Positions 9,653 to 20,044 of a stretch of 64,000 nt of DNA are shown one piece after another. The first letter of the stretch is position 1; each line of letters begins with the position of its first letter. The notes beneath the pieces were generated by a model. That model was given only the letters and a program-made list of their open reading frames with translations, was not told where the DNA came from and searched no databases. The translations under genes were made by a program, and so were the position numbers. This DNA comes from a virus, in IMG/VR virus record IMGVR_UViG_3300050500_000054, positions 9,788-73,787 of that record; one strand, given 5' to 3'.

Positions 9653-11253
9653 TAACGTCTTCCAACTTCATGGAACGGAATTTCGTAGCCGTAGATGCTG
9701 ACACCTTGGTTGACGGTAGCTTCTTGGAAACGAAGTCTAACCATTGGGCCTACACCGAGTCGGCGTAGACGTTCACGACCTGATGTAAGAGCGTGTGAGA
9801 TTGCGGAACCAGCAGAACTGGTAAATCTACCTACCGTTGGAGTGACTGTAAGAGTTCCGCTTGCTTCTACTCGACTGAACATGCTCAGCATACCCCAGAA
9901 GTGTTCGATGTCTGGGTTGTTGGCGTGGTGGAACGGTCCGATTACATCCATATCGATAAGTGTAGATGTACCATCTCGGAACGTAGTTTGGTTGCCGATG
10001 TAGAGGACTCCGTTTGTTCCACCTAGAATAGTAGCTGGAAGTCCTGAGCTATCGTCGCAAGTCATTCCAGCACTTGGAGTGAATAGGTCCGTCTTGTGAG
10101 GGCCATACCAAGTCTTGGCTGTGAGGTTGTATGCTACCCAGCGATCTTCGTTGCTCGATCCAGCCGCAGCCAAGTGAAGCTCATATTGGTTACGAGATTC
10201 GTTATACTTAGCAAAGGCATTAGCAAATCGGGTGCGGTTGAAGTAGGTTCCAGTGTTGAACCACGGCTTTGTAGAATCTTCTGAGATGGATGTTACTGTG
10301 TTGGCCTTTAGTTGATAGACACCATCTGTGCTTAGGAAGTAGACTGCATCGTCGATAGTTACAATGCTATCAGGGGATACACAGCCCTGCTCACTTACCT
10401 GAGTGATAGATACATTCTCAGTTGATGAACCAAGAGAGATCAACCATGTTCCATTGTCACGGAACACAGCTAGTTGATTCTTCATTGGACCGAAGCCCAC
10501 AACTCCTGTAGCTGACTGGCCTACAGGATTGATGTTAAGGCGATGAGGCCATTGGTAAGTTGAGCCATCCTCGGTGAAGAAAATGACATCTTGTAGTCCG
10601 TGACCTTCAGTAGCACCCCAGAGACGATTACGCCATGCTACGATATTCTTCAGGCGTGGAACACCTTCGATGGTAGCGGGAGGGGATGCGAAAGATGAGG
10701 CTAGAAGGGTTAGAAGTTCCAGGCTTTCATCAGCGAGGTTATTAGTAACTGTAACACCTGCTGTATTTCCAGGGATGTCGATTAGGCGGAAGAAGTCTGA
10801 TCCTCCAGCCGCTGTTCGGTAGATGCGGCGGGCATCGATCTCATCCTCAGATACTGGAAGTGGTCCAATTGAGAGGTCGTCGTCCGCTAGGCCAACTGTT
10901 ACGCTAGTTGGGGATAGTGGTGATTCAGCTAGAACCTGTCCATCATCGTCTAGGACTAGGAAGCTTACTCGAACCATATAGTCGCCAGTTAGACCAGTTG
11001 ATGAGCCAGCTGCTAGAGCTGGAGGTTCTACAGGTGCTCTTGGAACGAGAACTCTTACGTTAGCTTCTGCGTCAATAGCGATATTACGTGATGGGGAATT
11101 TACCATCACTACCTGTTCATCTAGGATGGCAAATCGAGGCTTACGAGTTGCTGAGAGCGTAACTCCAGTTGGAAGTGTGAGTTGGGTCCCAACACCTGTA
11201 GATGGATCTACCTTATATAGATTTGTGCCAGATTGTGCTAGGTAAAATGCCAT
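9652..11253 (-). CDS. tail structural protein
   Basis: 533 aa; start/stop coupled (ATGA overlaps) to neighbours. Confidence 0.35.
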   Translation of the reverse strand: MAFYLAQSGTNLYKVDPSTGVGTQLTLPTGVTLSATRKPRFAILDEQVVMVNSPSRNIAIDAEANVRVLVPRAPVEPPALAAGSSTGLTGDYMVRVSFLVLDDDGQVLAESPLSPTSVTVGLADDDLSIGPLPVSEDEIDARRIYRTAAGGSDFFRLIDIPGNTAGVTVTNNLADESLELLTLLASSFASPPATIEGVPRLKNIVAWRNRLWGATEGHGLQDVIFFTEDGSTYQWPHRLNINPVGQSATGVVGFGPMKNQLAVFRDNGTWLISLGSSTENVSITQVSEQGCVSPDSIVTIDDAVYFLSTDGVYQLKANTVTSISEDSTKPWFNTGTYFNRTRFANAFAKYNESRNQYELHLAAAGSSNEDRWVAYNLTAKTWYGPHKTDLFTPSAGMTCDDSSGLPATILGGTNGVLYIGNQTTFRDGTSTLIDMDVIGPFHHANNPDIEHFWGMLSMFSRVEASGTLTVTPTVGRFTSSAGSAISHALTSGRERLRRLGVGPMVRLRFQEATVNQGVSIYGYEIPFHEVGRR

Positions 11254-12623
11254 TAAGTTCGCTCAACGACCTGAACTAGTCGTCCGTTGATATTATCTGT
11301 GGCAACCTTGGTCCAAGTGCCACCGCTCTTACGTAGGATGAAGCCATCGGCTGCACCGGGTGTGCTTGAACGGAAAGTGTAGAAGAGAGCACCACCAAAG
11401 ACACATGGTTGACCTGGGTGGATTGCAAGGCCACCATTGTCTGATGTGGCAACGTTGCGGTCTGTAGTCCAGCTAGAACCATCGAACTTTCGGATTAGTG
11501 TAGTTCCACCAGAGTCGTCATCGGAGTAGACTACAGCATAAAGTTCATCGTTGTAGACAATGAGTGAGCTATAGTAGTCTTCAGTTACAGTTACAACAGT
11601 ATCACTAGATGCGTAAGCACCGCCTGCTGATGCTCGCTTGAAGACAGCAGCATCGTTGGAAGTTGTGCCGCGTAGGCCGAGGTAGAGATCCCCACGGAAG
11701 TCTACGATAGATGAAGCATAGCCTTGGAGGTCGTTCTTGTCGGCTGTCCAGACTGAATCGACTCCAGGGTAGCAACGCATGATGCGTGCAGCACCATTTG
11801 TGGCTACGCCTTGATCAAGTCCAACCCATAGTTGTCCTTGGAACCAGTGGAGACAAACCGGAGCACCTCCACCTTCGTCTGGGTCTACGGCGCTGAATGC
11901 CTCAGCTACTTGGTGCAGAACACCAGTAACGAGGTCTAGACTCAACACGCGGCCACGGAGAGTTCCTGCTGAGTTCGCAGGGTCGTGAACAGCTAGGTAG
12001 AGGATGCCGTCAGCAACTAGCATGTCTGTTACGCTAAATGCATAATGCTGGCTTGTTGCTCGTGATGATCTTGGGATGTCCAAGATGTTGGTATCCGTAG
12101 TCCCATCGAACGTGTGGATGGGCATAGCAGTATTGTTAGCCGGGGTAGAAAGGTCTGATGTGTAGTTGTCGCTGATGTAAATTAGACGATTGACCAGAGC
12201 GGCAGCTCTGCGGACCCCAACGTGGGAGAATGAACCCACTGTTCTGTAGTTGGCAGTATCAGGAGCAGCGTAGTCTAGAGCAGATGTAGCTACCCAGCTT
12301 GTGCCGTTAGTGCTTGTTAGCCAAGTGTCAGTATCAGAGTCTGCATCACCGAGTGAGGCGTAGAGCCTACGGACAATGTTTGAAAGTAGAGGGACGTGAT
12401 GAAGTCCGGTGATGGCGGCTCCACCGTTAAGAGGAGTGCCATTAACGATTGCTAGACCCCCTCGCTTAGAGAGTGCTCCTAGACCACCAGTGTTGGAGTC
12501 TAGGACATACTCAGCATTCTGAAGTTGTGTAGCTTCGTTGTCTTCGAGCTGTAGTGGGTCCTTAGTAAGCTGGACTCCTCCCGCTCCGACATCGTGAACG
12601 CTAACTTTTCCTTCTTCAGACAT
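11253..12623 (-). CDS. tail structural protein
   Basis: 456 aa; beta-rich, Ser/Thr/Gly-rich. Confidence 0.35.
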   Translation of the reverse strand: MSEEGKVSVHDVGAGGVQLTKDPLQLEDNEATQLQNAEYVLDSNTGGLGALSKRGGLAIVNGTPLNGGAAITGLHHVPLLSNIVRRLYASLGDADSDTDTWLTSTNGTSWVATSALDYAAPDTANYRTVGSFSHVGVRRAAALVNRLIYISDNYTSDLSTPANNTAMPIHTFDGTTDTNILDIPRSSRATSQHYAFSVTDMLVADGILYLAVHDPANSAGTLRGRVLSLDLVTGVLHQVAEAFSAVDPDEGGGAPVCLHWFQGQLWVGLDQGVATNGAARIMRCYPGVDSVWTADKNDLQGYASSIVDFRGDLYLGLRGTTSNDAAVFKRASAGGAYASSDTVVTVTEDYYSSLIVYNDELYAVVYSDDDSGGTTLIRKFDGSSWTTDRNVATSDNGGLAIHPGQPCVFGGALFYTFRSSTPGAADGFILRKSGGTWTKVATDNINGRLVQVVERT

Positions 12624-12632
12624 TATCTTCTC

Positions 12633-13349
12633 TTATGACCAATATGCGTCAAATGGGCCATCTACGTAGGTAGGTTCCTGTAGTTGGCGTAGACCTAGGG
12701 ACTGGAGTAGGTGCTGCTTTTCGGTAGCGTAAACGGTAAGCCAGTTTGGGTCTGGAGAACGGTCATCACGCTCCTTAGCGCGAGCGTAGGCTACGGTCCA
12801 AGCGATTAGGGCTTGGTCTGCCTCACCAGGGATTGGAACTGTTCCACCAGCGGCGAGGTCGGCTAGGACTGGAACGTAGACGAATGATAGTAGAACAGCC
12901 GAACGCACCTGGGGAGCTACGTAGATTACTGTAGACCCGCTTCCAGTTGGCGCTCCGGCACCTGTAATAGCGTAGTTGACTACGTTATAATTAGGTTCCA
13001 TGGGGTCAACCGCACGAGCTGACTGGAAGATTGGGTGGTTGTAGTCACGAGGAGCGAAAATTAGCTCACGGTTGGGGCTGTCTCCGCTTACATCTCGTGG
13101 TTCGATTAGGTAGACCTTGTGAACATCAGCTGGAACGCCAGTGAGGGTTGAGCTGTTAGCAGCCATCGAGACGTTGGTGTTATCCACCGTCATGAAGTGT
13201 TCTGCTTTCAGGTCAACGATGTCTCGCCAGCAATCCTTGATACCACGGTTGATGATATCAATTAGCTCGGCAGATGACCAGAACGAGGCTGATGATTCGA
13301 TCAGGTGTCTGCGGGATTGTGTTTCGATAGATGATAGGAGTGTTGCCAT
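12633..13349 (-). CDS. tail structural protein
   Basis: 238 aa in operon. Confidence 0.3.
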   Translation of the reverse strand: MATLLSSIETQSRRHLIESSASFWSSAELIDIINRGIKDCWRDIVDLKAEHFMTVDNTNVSMAANSSTLTGVPADVHKVYLIEPRDVSGDSPNRELIFAPRDYNHPIFQSARAVDPMEPNYNVVNYAITGAGAPTGSGSTVIYVAPQVRSAVLLSFVYVPVLADLAAGGTVPIPGEADQALIAWTVAYARAKERDDRSPDPNWLTVYATEKQHLLQSLGLRQLQEPTYVDGPFDAYWS

Positions 13350-13363
13350 TATTTGCTCTAAGG

Positions 13364-14659
13364 TTACTCAATAAGAAGATCAACACCTACAGCCAGATTT
13401 GTGTTATTTGTCCCTGTAGTCCAATTGCCACCAGCTAGCTTGTCGAACCCTAGCTTCGTATTGGTATCTGGATTAGTTCCGCCTGTTCCGGTGTTGAACG
13501 CTAGAGCAGTTGTCCGTGTGCCAGCATCATCTGAATAAACACCACCCTGTGTCACTGTCTGTTCAAATGTAAACGGTGCTGGAATATTGAAGCGTAGAGT
13601 TGTATTGGGTGTGCCGCCAACACTGCCACCAAACATGCCGAAGTGCAGCGTTAGAGTCTTACCTCGCTGCCTATACCATTCCCATGCCACATCTCCGCTT
13701 TCTACTGTTAGCGTCATCGAACCATTTGCCGTCCAGTCTCCTGCTGCAAATGTGATAGGAATAACAGCTCCAGGTTCAATACACTGGACCCGCCATCTAT
13801 CTGTGGTGTCATCATATACACCAATCATGCGTCCACCGGCTCCAACAATTTGGCCGTGGATGGATGGCGTGATAATACGATATGCAGCGGTAGAGTTATT
13901 ATCCTGATACGCAACTTTAACAGTAGACGATCCAACGTTATCAATGATAACGTAGTCACCAGCCTGTGGAGCAGTACTAGCTACTTGGAATCCACGAATC
14001 ACTAGGGCAGTGGCGTTGTTGCAACGTAGATAGGTTCTACGTGCTGACAGATTCAGGTCGTCCTGGTTTCCTGTAGCAGTAGTAGTTTGTTGAGTAGTAC
14101 TTGGATTTGGAACAGCTGACCAAGATGGATCTGCACCTACACCATTATCAGTAAGCACATTACCAGCTGTGCTCGGCACTAGGGCTGTATAACCGCCAGA
14201 ACCACGATAAATAAGGCTACCTCGTGTAGTTCCCAGTGAGTCAAGTAGACCTCTAATGTGAGTAGTTGTCCACTGCACCAACCCAAGAACCGAGTCGGAT
14301 GCCGTAGAGATCCAACTATCGAGCTTGCCAGTTCCGCTGGCCTTAGGAATAGCGTTGTTTGCGGGAGTAGCAGTTGCGATCTCGTCACTTCCACTGTGTT
14401 GGTGACTGGTTGCATGGGCAAGTGGAGTTTGCCCATCGGCCAGCAGTCCAGACAGACCAGCCACACTGATCTCATCGGCACCGTTGTTCTGATGGTCAGT
14501 AGCGTGTGCTGTCGGGTTCTGATCGTCAGCTAGTAGACCTGAGAGTCCTGCAACGTTGATCTCGTCGCTTCCACCATTTTGGTGCGATGTGGCGTGAGCA
14601 TCTGGCGTTCCACCACTACCACCACCAGGTGGGAATTGGATATCTAGGTTTCCCTGCAT
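13364..14659 (-). CDS. tail fiber protein with tandem HxH fibre repeats
   Basis: three consecutive copies of 'HAT(S/D)HQxxG(S/A)DEIxVAGLSGLLAD' near the N-terminus; Gly/Thr/Asn-rich C-terminus. Confidence 0.5.
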   Translation of the reverse strand: MQGNLDIQFPPGGGSGGTPDAHATSHQNGGSDEINVAGLSGLLADDQNPTAHATDHQNNGADEISVAGLSGLLADGQTPLAHATSHQHSGSDEIATATPANNAIPKASGTGKLDSWISTASDSVLGLVQWTTTHIRGLLDSLGTTRGSLIYRGSGGYTALVPSTAGNVLTDNGVGADPSWSAVPNPSTTQQTTTATGNQDDLNLSARRTYLRCNNATALVIRGFQVASTAPQAGDYVIIDNVGSSTVKVAYQDNNSTAAYRIITPSIHGQIVGAGGRMIGVYDDTTDRWRVQCIEPGAVIPITFAAGDWTANGSMTLTVESGDVAWEWYRQRGKTLTLHFGMFGGSVGGTPNTTLRFNIPAPFTFEQTVTQGGVYSDDAGTRTTALAFNTGTGGTNPDTNTKLGFDKLAGGNWTTGTNNTNLAVGVDLLIE

Positions 14660-14662
14660 GTA

Positions 14663-14932
14663 TTAGTCTCTTGCGAACCAGTTAACAGTTCCAGTCCCGG
14701 ATGCCATCTTGGCATAGATACGGGACAAACTGATGATAGGGACCGTCATTGATGCCCCTGGAGTTAGAACAATTGTTTGGGAGCTTACATCCCCTACGAG
14801 GACATTCGTAGAGTTTGCAGGATCCGCTTGAACCAACGTTTCACGGATAGCATGAGCCGTTGATGAAATCGGAGCGGCGTTGGTGTCAAGATTTGTAGAA
14901 CCGGCAATGAGTCTGCCTGATGTGTATGGCAT
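14663..14932 (-). CDS. small virion-associated protein
   Basis: 89 aa ORF immediately downstream of the tail fiber. Confidence 0.25.
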   Translation of the reverse strand: MPYTSGRLIAGSTNLDTNAAPISSTAHAIRETLVQADPANSTNVLVGDVSSQTIVLTPGASMTVPIISLSRIYAKMASGTGTVNWFARD

Positions 14933-15192
14933 AGGAAGGTTTCTTCGTTGAAGTTAATTGACTCGCCGGGTTGGTAGACTCTGAACATTATTCAATGGAT
15001 GCTGTAAGCTTGTCTGGGAGTGTTCCGGTGAGCCGTAGCATTCCTAGTTTGAGTTCGTAGAACCTATCGGCCCGCACATCTAGGAGGATAATCTTGCGCT
15101 CCTCCTCGGTTTCTGTGTGCATCCAACCGGATGCAGCATCCGAATCTTCCCTGATTGAATACCAGGGGCAGCTTAGATCAATCATGTGACAC

Positions 15193-15783
15193 CTACTTTA
15201 GTAGATGTGGAATTACGTATTCCTTGAAAAGTTCAGCTTTGGTGATGGTTGAAGTGTGGCCTGCACCCTTGATGTGGATGTTTTCATCAGCAAGAGGGTG
15301 GGATCTGGGATTCTGAAACCACTTGAGAGGGTTCCAAGTATCGAACCAGCCCCCTAGGCCGTTCATGTAGTCTCTCCACCAGTCACCATGGAAGTGAACC
15401 CACTGGTAGATATTTACTCTAGCATTAGCGGATACCTTTTTGAGGTCCCTACGGAAGGGTCCGCTGATGTCGAGGAGCTTATGAACCACTAGCCCACGTT
15501 CGGCTGCATAAAGCACAACCTGAAGTCCGTGGGAGTGGGTGATAATGATGCACTCGTCTTCTGGGCCTAGATGGATGGCAGCAAAATCCTTTAGAGCGTA
15601 TGCACTGGCTTTCCAGTTACGAAGGTCATTACTACCGAATCCAATTCCGCCGAGGTCTGTGCTCCAAGGGAAAAATAGAGGCTCGTAGCCAGCCGCTTTG
15701 AGGTCTTCAATAACGCCTTCGTAGCGGCTGTATTTGCTATCATCATCCCAACCCCATGTTCCAGGAATTAGAATTACTTTCAT
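15193..15783 (-). CDS. alpha/beta-hydrolase (lipase/esterase-like)
   Basis: 'IIITHSHG' nucleophile-elbow-like motif and later His/Asp candidates; translationally coupled to the BNR tailspike gene. Confidence 0.45.
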   Translation of the reverse strand: MKVILIPGTWGWDDDSKYSRYEGVIEDLKAAGYEPLFFPWSTDLGGIGFGSNDLRNWKASAYALKDFAAIHLGPEDECIIITHSHGLQVVLYAAERGLVVHKLLDISGPFRRDLKKVSANARVNIYQWVHFHGDWWRDYMNGLGGWFDTWNPLKWFQNPRSHPLADENIHIKGAGHTSTITKAELFKEYVIPHLLK

Positions 15784-17801
15784 TATTTTCTTCTACGTGA
15801 GTCAAGAAGCAGGAAATCTGTTTCGTCGCCGTCGGCAGCCCCACCACTCTGAACAAGGGCGTTGTATGTTCCAAGGAACTGACCACGAAGCAAATCTAGT
15901 GCAAGGCCATATGCATCTGGCTCTGCACCCCACCCAACTAGAGCCGCGTGAATTTCACCAGCGAAGGCTCCAGATGCAGCTGCTCGTAGAAGACATCCAA
16001 TGGCACCGCGATCGAATGTAACAGCACCAGTTGTAATTGAGCTGGATGCTACAACACCATCTACTGTGCGATTAGCGGCAGCTAAAGCTGTCTTGGATAC
16101 CGTAAGAACGTGGAACTCACCATCGTTGCTTCCTGCACTTGCTGCGCTTGGTGTGCTGGTTGCCCCAGCAGTGTCTCTCCACTGTCCTGCCATGACAGTC
16201 TGACCACCATTATTACTAAGAGCTTGGAAGAGTGGGTTATTTGTTCCGCTGTTGCCGATACCAACAAGATTCTGTGCTGTTGTGCCGGTAGATGTTGTCT
16301 TGTAAAGGACAGCTATCCAAATAGGATAGTTAGTCACCTGTGCAGATAATGCAGCTGCTAGCGCATTGATCTGAACATAGTTGGAAGTATCAAAACCATT
16401 CAGGTAAGGTCCAAAGTCCCCGCTATCACCAACATTCCAAGCCGGAGTTCCGACGAATGTCCCATCTCGGTTGTTAGCCAAGTCATCCAATGATGTTCCG
16501 CTTCCTTCATTGATGAGATAGTAAGCTTGGATACCCGGAGGAGCTAGAGAAGCCGTCCATGAAGGTGTTACAGGCTTAGCCTTACGCCAAGGGAACGATG
16601 GGGATACGCGGATTCGTGTAAAGTAGTTAGTAAAGGATGTATAAGTGCCCTCCCACCAGAGGACATCCCCTGGAGATGAACCTCGAGGACAGAAAGGACG
16701 AGCATTGACTGTAGCAGTGTTACCTGATGTATCAGCAACTTTAGCCCATGTGCCGTTCGGAAAGCTGCCAGTATGTGACCACTTCTCGATACGGAAGTCT
16801 CCTGCTCCATACTTAACCGACACATAAACTGAATTAATGTCGTTCGGATCTAGACAGACACCTGGAGAGTAGTATACTTCAGATGCATATAAATAGTTAG
16901 GAGTAGTTCCGGCTGTGGTAATCTCATCCGATTCCCAAGCTGAGCCTGACCAACGTGCCTGATGATAGTGATGAACCTCGTTGCTGTCTGTAAAGGTAGC
17001 GTAGGTAATCACTGGGTTACCATTGAACATGGCAAGGTCCCAGTTCCAAGATTCAGATGTCGCACCGCTGTAGACAAGCGTTACATCAGCTGGTTCTAGA
17101 GGAAGGACAGCATCCCCACCAATAAGAGTTCCATCAGATTTGTAGTATGAACGCGTCCCGTTGGCAGCAACTTCCATATACCAGTGGTAGATACTACACC
17201 CTGTAACTTCGTTTGGGTGTCCCTGTGTGGATACAAAATCTACGCGGTTGGAAGCCGTCTTTTCAGCGATAAGATATGGACGCTCTGAGCCGTTGCGGAA
17301 GAACTCAGTAGAGCTGGCCCAAGTGTCTCCTCGATCTGTAGATGTGCGGAAGTTGAATGGTCCATTAGGATTCCCACGACGGAAGAACCAGTAGCAGGTC
17401 CCAGCTGTATCGCCCATTTGCATGAGGCTAGCATAGGTATCATCATCACTGCCTGAGTTAACCTGAACAGGTGCATCCCATGTACGAATATCGTAGGCGT
17501 TGGCAGAGCGCGCAGAGAAGCCGTCTCCGTTGTGAACGGAGTAAGCTACAAGCACCTCTCCATTGTCCAAAACGATGATAGCTGGATTTACGTGGTCATC
17601 AACCTGGAGAACAGCTGTGCGTGGTGTGCCGTATTGGAAAATTCGATTATTGTAGTCTAGGGATGCTACTGAAATCACTCCAGTTGAGCGCACGAAAGCA
17701 TAGAAAAGTTTCCCAGTTACTGAGGAATAAACTGCTCTAGGATTGTTGAACCATGTCCAAGTGCCGTTAAGTCCAGCAATTGGATCTGCAAGTGCGGCCA
17801 T
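15783..17801 (-). CDS. tailspike/tail fiber with BNR (Asp-box) sialidase-like beta-propeller
   Basis: Asp-box 'STDRGDTW' (SxDxGxTW); 672 aa beta-rich protein in the tail module. Confidence 0.5.
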   Translation of the reverse strand: MAALADPIAGLNGTWTWFNNPRAVYSSVTGKLFYAFVRSTGVISVASLDYNNRIFQYGTPRTAVLQVDDHVNPAIIVLDNGEVLVAYSVHNGDGFSARSANAYDIRTWDAPVQVNSGSDDDTYASLMQMGDTAGTCYWFFRRGNPNGPFNFRTSTDRGDTWASSTEFFRNGSERPYLIAEKTASNRVDFVSTQGHPNEVTGCSIYHWYMEVAANGTRSYYKSDGTLIGGDAVLPLEPADVTLVYSGATSESWNWDLAMFNGNPVITYATFTDSNEVHHYHQARWSGSAWESDEITTAGTTPNYLYASEVYYSPGVCLDPNDINSVYVSVKYGAGDFRIEKWSHTGSFPNGTWAKVADTSGNTATVNARPFCPRGSSPGDVLWWEGTYTSFTNYFTRIRVSPSFPWRKAKPVTPSWTASLAPPGIQAYYLINEGSGTSLDDLANNRDGTFVGTPAWNVGDSGDFGPYLNGFDTSNYVQINALAAALSAQVTNYPIWIAVLYKTTSTGTTAQNLVGIGNSGTNNPLFQALSNNGGQTVMAGQWRDTAGATSTPSAASAGSNDGEFHVLTVSKTALAAANRTVDGVVASSSITTGAVTFDRGAIGCLLRAAASGAFAGEIHAALVGWGAEPDAYGLALDLLRGQFLGTYNALVQSGGAADGDETDFLLLDSRRRK

Positions 17802-17804
17802 TTA

Positions 17805-18209
17805 TTATGCCTTTGACTGTGCTTCTGTCTGAACTGCGTTAGGTCGCTGATAGGCTTCAACAATAACTTGAGCAGCCAAACCAGCACCTGAAATTACCAT
17901 ATCCAGACCCTCACCGGCTGTCAGGATTCGACCCTCTGGGCCGTAGTCCCCAACTAGTTCAATTCCAAGTCCTGGACTTGCTGCTGACTTACCAACTACT
18001 ACTGTTCCAGAATCGTCCTGGAAGGTTAGAGACTGGGCTGCATCGGTTGTAACAGCTAGGAGGATGCGCTGGATGTATAGAGTCCAGTTGGCGTTCTTAG
18101 CTTCAATCAACTCGACTGTGCCTGTGTCAGCTGCGCCAAGCTGATATCTAACCGACTTATCAGTATAGATTGTTCTGTAGAAATCATAACTCTTGGAAAT
18201 TACTGTCAT
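17805..18209 (-). CDS. tail-associated protein
   Basis: 134 aa ORF in operon. Confidence 0.3.
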   Translation of the reverse strand: MTVISKSYDFYRTIYTDKSVRYQLGAADTGTVELIEAKNANWTLYIQRILLAVTTDAAQSLTFQDDSGTVVVGKSAASPGLGIELVGDYGPEGRILTAGEGLDMVISGAGLAAQVIVEAYQRPNAVQTEAQSKA

Positions 18210-18212
18210 GAA

Positions 18213-18818
18213 TTATTCCTCCGGCTTTGTTTCATACCCATAAAGTGTGCCGTCGTAGGAGTCTGGGGATCCAGGCTCGAAGGGTAGTTTGTGGATTTCT
18301 TCTTGGTAGGTTACTTCGATACCACGTCTCTGAGCCTCTTGGACCCAGTAGAAGAAGCATGGACGCTCCCAGGAGTAGGCATCTTTGATGCGCTTCCTGT
18401 CGGTTAGCGCAAAGCCCCATAGTTCAATTCGCTCAAAGCCAAGCATGATGGCGAACGCAATGAACCATGCGACGGAGCAGGTAAAGTAACGATTAGGTTT
18501 CCCGTTGATGGAGAAGTAGTCCTGGATTGCAGGACCTGGAAACTCTACGCTGCCTGGAATGTCTGGTTGGTGTTTCTGGAAGTAGAGAGTATGCCCATCA
18601 CCGTTATCTTGATACCACTTGACACCAGCCGGGTAGGTGGAGTCCATGTGTTTACGAGAATGGAGATTGAACCATCTAGTCCACTCGTTGAGAGCTTGTG
18701 GATGACGGATCTGGTATCCTCTGGGGGCGTTTGAACACCATACTTCCACACCTGGTGGGGCAGGGGGAGTTCGACCAAGATTCTTGGCCATCCCGTAGAT
18801 ACGAACAGTTTTTGGCAT
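18213..18818 (-). CDS. hypothetical structural protein (start revised to an internal Met downstream of the terminator hairpin)
   Basis: ORF track gives 18213..18902 but a strong hairpin terminator sits at 18831-18847; Met 'MPKTVRIYG' at 18818 follows it. Confidence 0.3.
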   Translation of the reverse strand: MPKTVRIYGMAKNLGRTPPAPPGVEVWCSNAPRGYQIRHPQALNEWTRWFNLHSRKHMDSTYPAGVKWYQDNGDGHTLYFQKHQPDIPGSVEFPGPAIQDYFSINGKPNRYFTCSVAWFIAFAIMLGFERIELWGFALTDRKRIKDAYSWERPCFFYWVQEAQRRGIEVTYQEEIHKLPFEPGSPDSYDGTLYGYETKPEE

Positions 18819-18830
18819 GAAGGAAGGGAA

Positions 18831-18847
18831 GGGGGGCAAAGCCCCCC
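18831..18847 (-). terminator. rho-independent terminator-like hairpin (GGGGGGC-AAA-GCCCCCC) followed by a pyrimidine-rich run
   Basis: perfect 7-bp GC stem 7 nt downstream of the stop of gene 18854..19411; minus sense continues TTCCCTTCCTTC. Confidence 0.5.
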
Positions 18848-18853
18848 TGGGTA

Positions 18854-19411
18854 TTACGAACCAGAGAACGGAGTTGCAGGATCGAGCACGCCCGACTGCC
18901 AACCTCTAACGAGCCATAGACCAGTCTTGATGTCTTCGGCTTCGAAGAAGTTACCGATTTCACCACCACCGCCTGTGAAGGCGTCAGTCCATGTATCGGT
19001 TGTTCCGTTAACTGTTGGGAATACACCTGCGAGCGCGGGAGTTGTGTCTCCAGCGTCATCCTGGATTGAGTATCCAGTAAAGGTGTCTGTTCCAGCCGCT
19101 GCCACGGATACTGAGGCTGAAGTTAGGGCTGTTCCGAGAACAACCTTATACTTTACACCTGAACCAGTTGCGGCAGGGAGAACGAAGGCACCACCAGCGA
19201 CAGCATCAATACGAACTGTGCGGTTGCCGTGTGTTGTGGGGGAAAGAGTTGCACCGGCTGTCACTGCAACGACTTCACTTGCGTTTACTGGAACAACAGC
19301 TGAGCCGTTGTTGTAAACGAGTGTTCCGTTGAGGATACCGATACCACCAGCGTTCTGGCGGTTTTCGACTTCAGCAGATGAGGAAACCTTGTCGATGTAT
19401 TTTGTAGCCAT
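18854..19411 (-). CDS. abundant structural protein (tail tube or decoration candidate)
   Basis: 185 aa Gly/Ala/Thr-rich beta protein bracketed by hairpin terminators on both sides. Confidence 0.35.
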   Translation of the reverse strand: MATKYIDKVSSSAEVENRQNAGGIGILNGTLVYNNGSAVVPVNASEVVAVTAGATLSPTTHGNRTVRIDAVAGGAFVLPAATGSGVKYKVVLGTALTSASVSVAAAGTDTFTGYSIQDDAGDTTPALAGVFPTVNGTTDTWTDAFTGGGGEIGNFFEAEDIKTGLWLVRGWQSGVLDPATPFSGS

Positions 19412-19431
19412 TAGGGGTCCTTTTTAGAGAA

Positions 19432-19451
19432 GGGGCAGCCCCTGCCGCCCC
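19432..19451 (-). terminator. rho-independent terminator-like hairpin
   Basis: minus sense GGGGCGGCAG-GGG-CTGCCCC then TTCTCTAAAAAGG; lies between stop of 19462..19968 and start of 18854..19411. Confidence 0.4.
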
Positions 19452-19461
19452 TCCAGGTCAA

Positions 19462-19968
19462 TTAGTTGCCGAGAATTAGGAAGCCGTTTCCAGCGTCCGC
19501 AGCAGCACTCTCTGTTTCACCCTTCGATGTTGTAGTGAAGGACGATACAGCACCAGCTGCTAGAGGCAGACCATTTGGATAGAAGACAATCGCGTAGTCT
19601 CCGGCCTCAAGTAGCGCAAGCACCACTCGACCGTCACCAGCGATTTCTGAGTCCGCATCTGCATCATCAGCTAGGTTGTAGTAAGAGTCAGTAGCCGTTG
19701 CTGTCTTCTTGACGAAGATAGCGTAGACCTGACATGCTGCGTCGATTCCGTGATCTTCACCCTGGCCAGTTGTGGCACCGGCAGCAGTGATTGGAACGAA
19801 CTGTAGGTCAGGGTTTCCCTTGTTTGCAGCCTGGTTCAAGAAGAATGACTTGAACGCATACTGAAGTGATGGGTCGCCTGAGCCTGCTGTAGTTCCAACG
19901 CCAAGTGCGCCTAGGGCGTTCTTGACACGGTTGCGAACGTTGAGAGCATTTTCAAGAGCTAGAGCCAT
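19462..19968 (-). CDS. abundant structural protein (major tail or head decoration candidate)
   Basis: 168 aa, Ala/Gly-rich; terminator hairpin immediately downstream. Confidence 0.35.
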   Translation of the reverse strand: MALALENALNVRNRVKNALGALGVGTTAGSGDPSLQYAFKSFFLNQAANKGNPDLQFVPITAAGATTGQGEDHGIDAACQVYAIFVKKTATATDSYYNLADDADADSEIAGDGRVVLALLEAGDYAIVFYPNGLPLAAGAVSSFTTTSKGETESAAADAGNGFLILGN

Positions 19969-20044
19969 TGTTTGAGTCTCGCCCCATTCCGAGGAGCATC
20001 GGCCAGCGCACGTTAGGTGGGCGCTGGATCACCGTCTTGATGTG

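Noticed and set aside
18819-18902. N-terminal 28 codons of ORF 18213..18902
   Set aside because: This stretch spans a perfect GC hairpin terminator and overlaps the upstream gene by 48 nt. The downstream Met is preferred.
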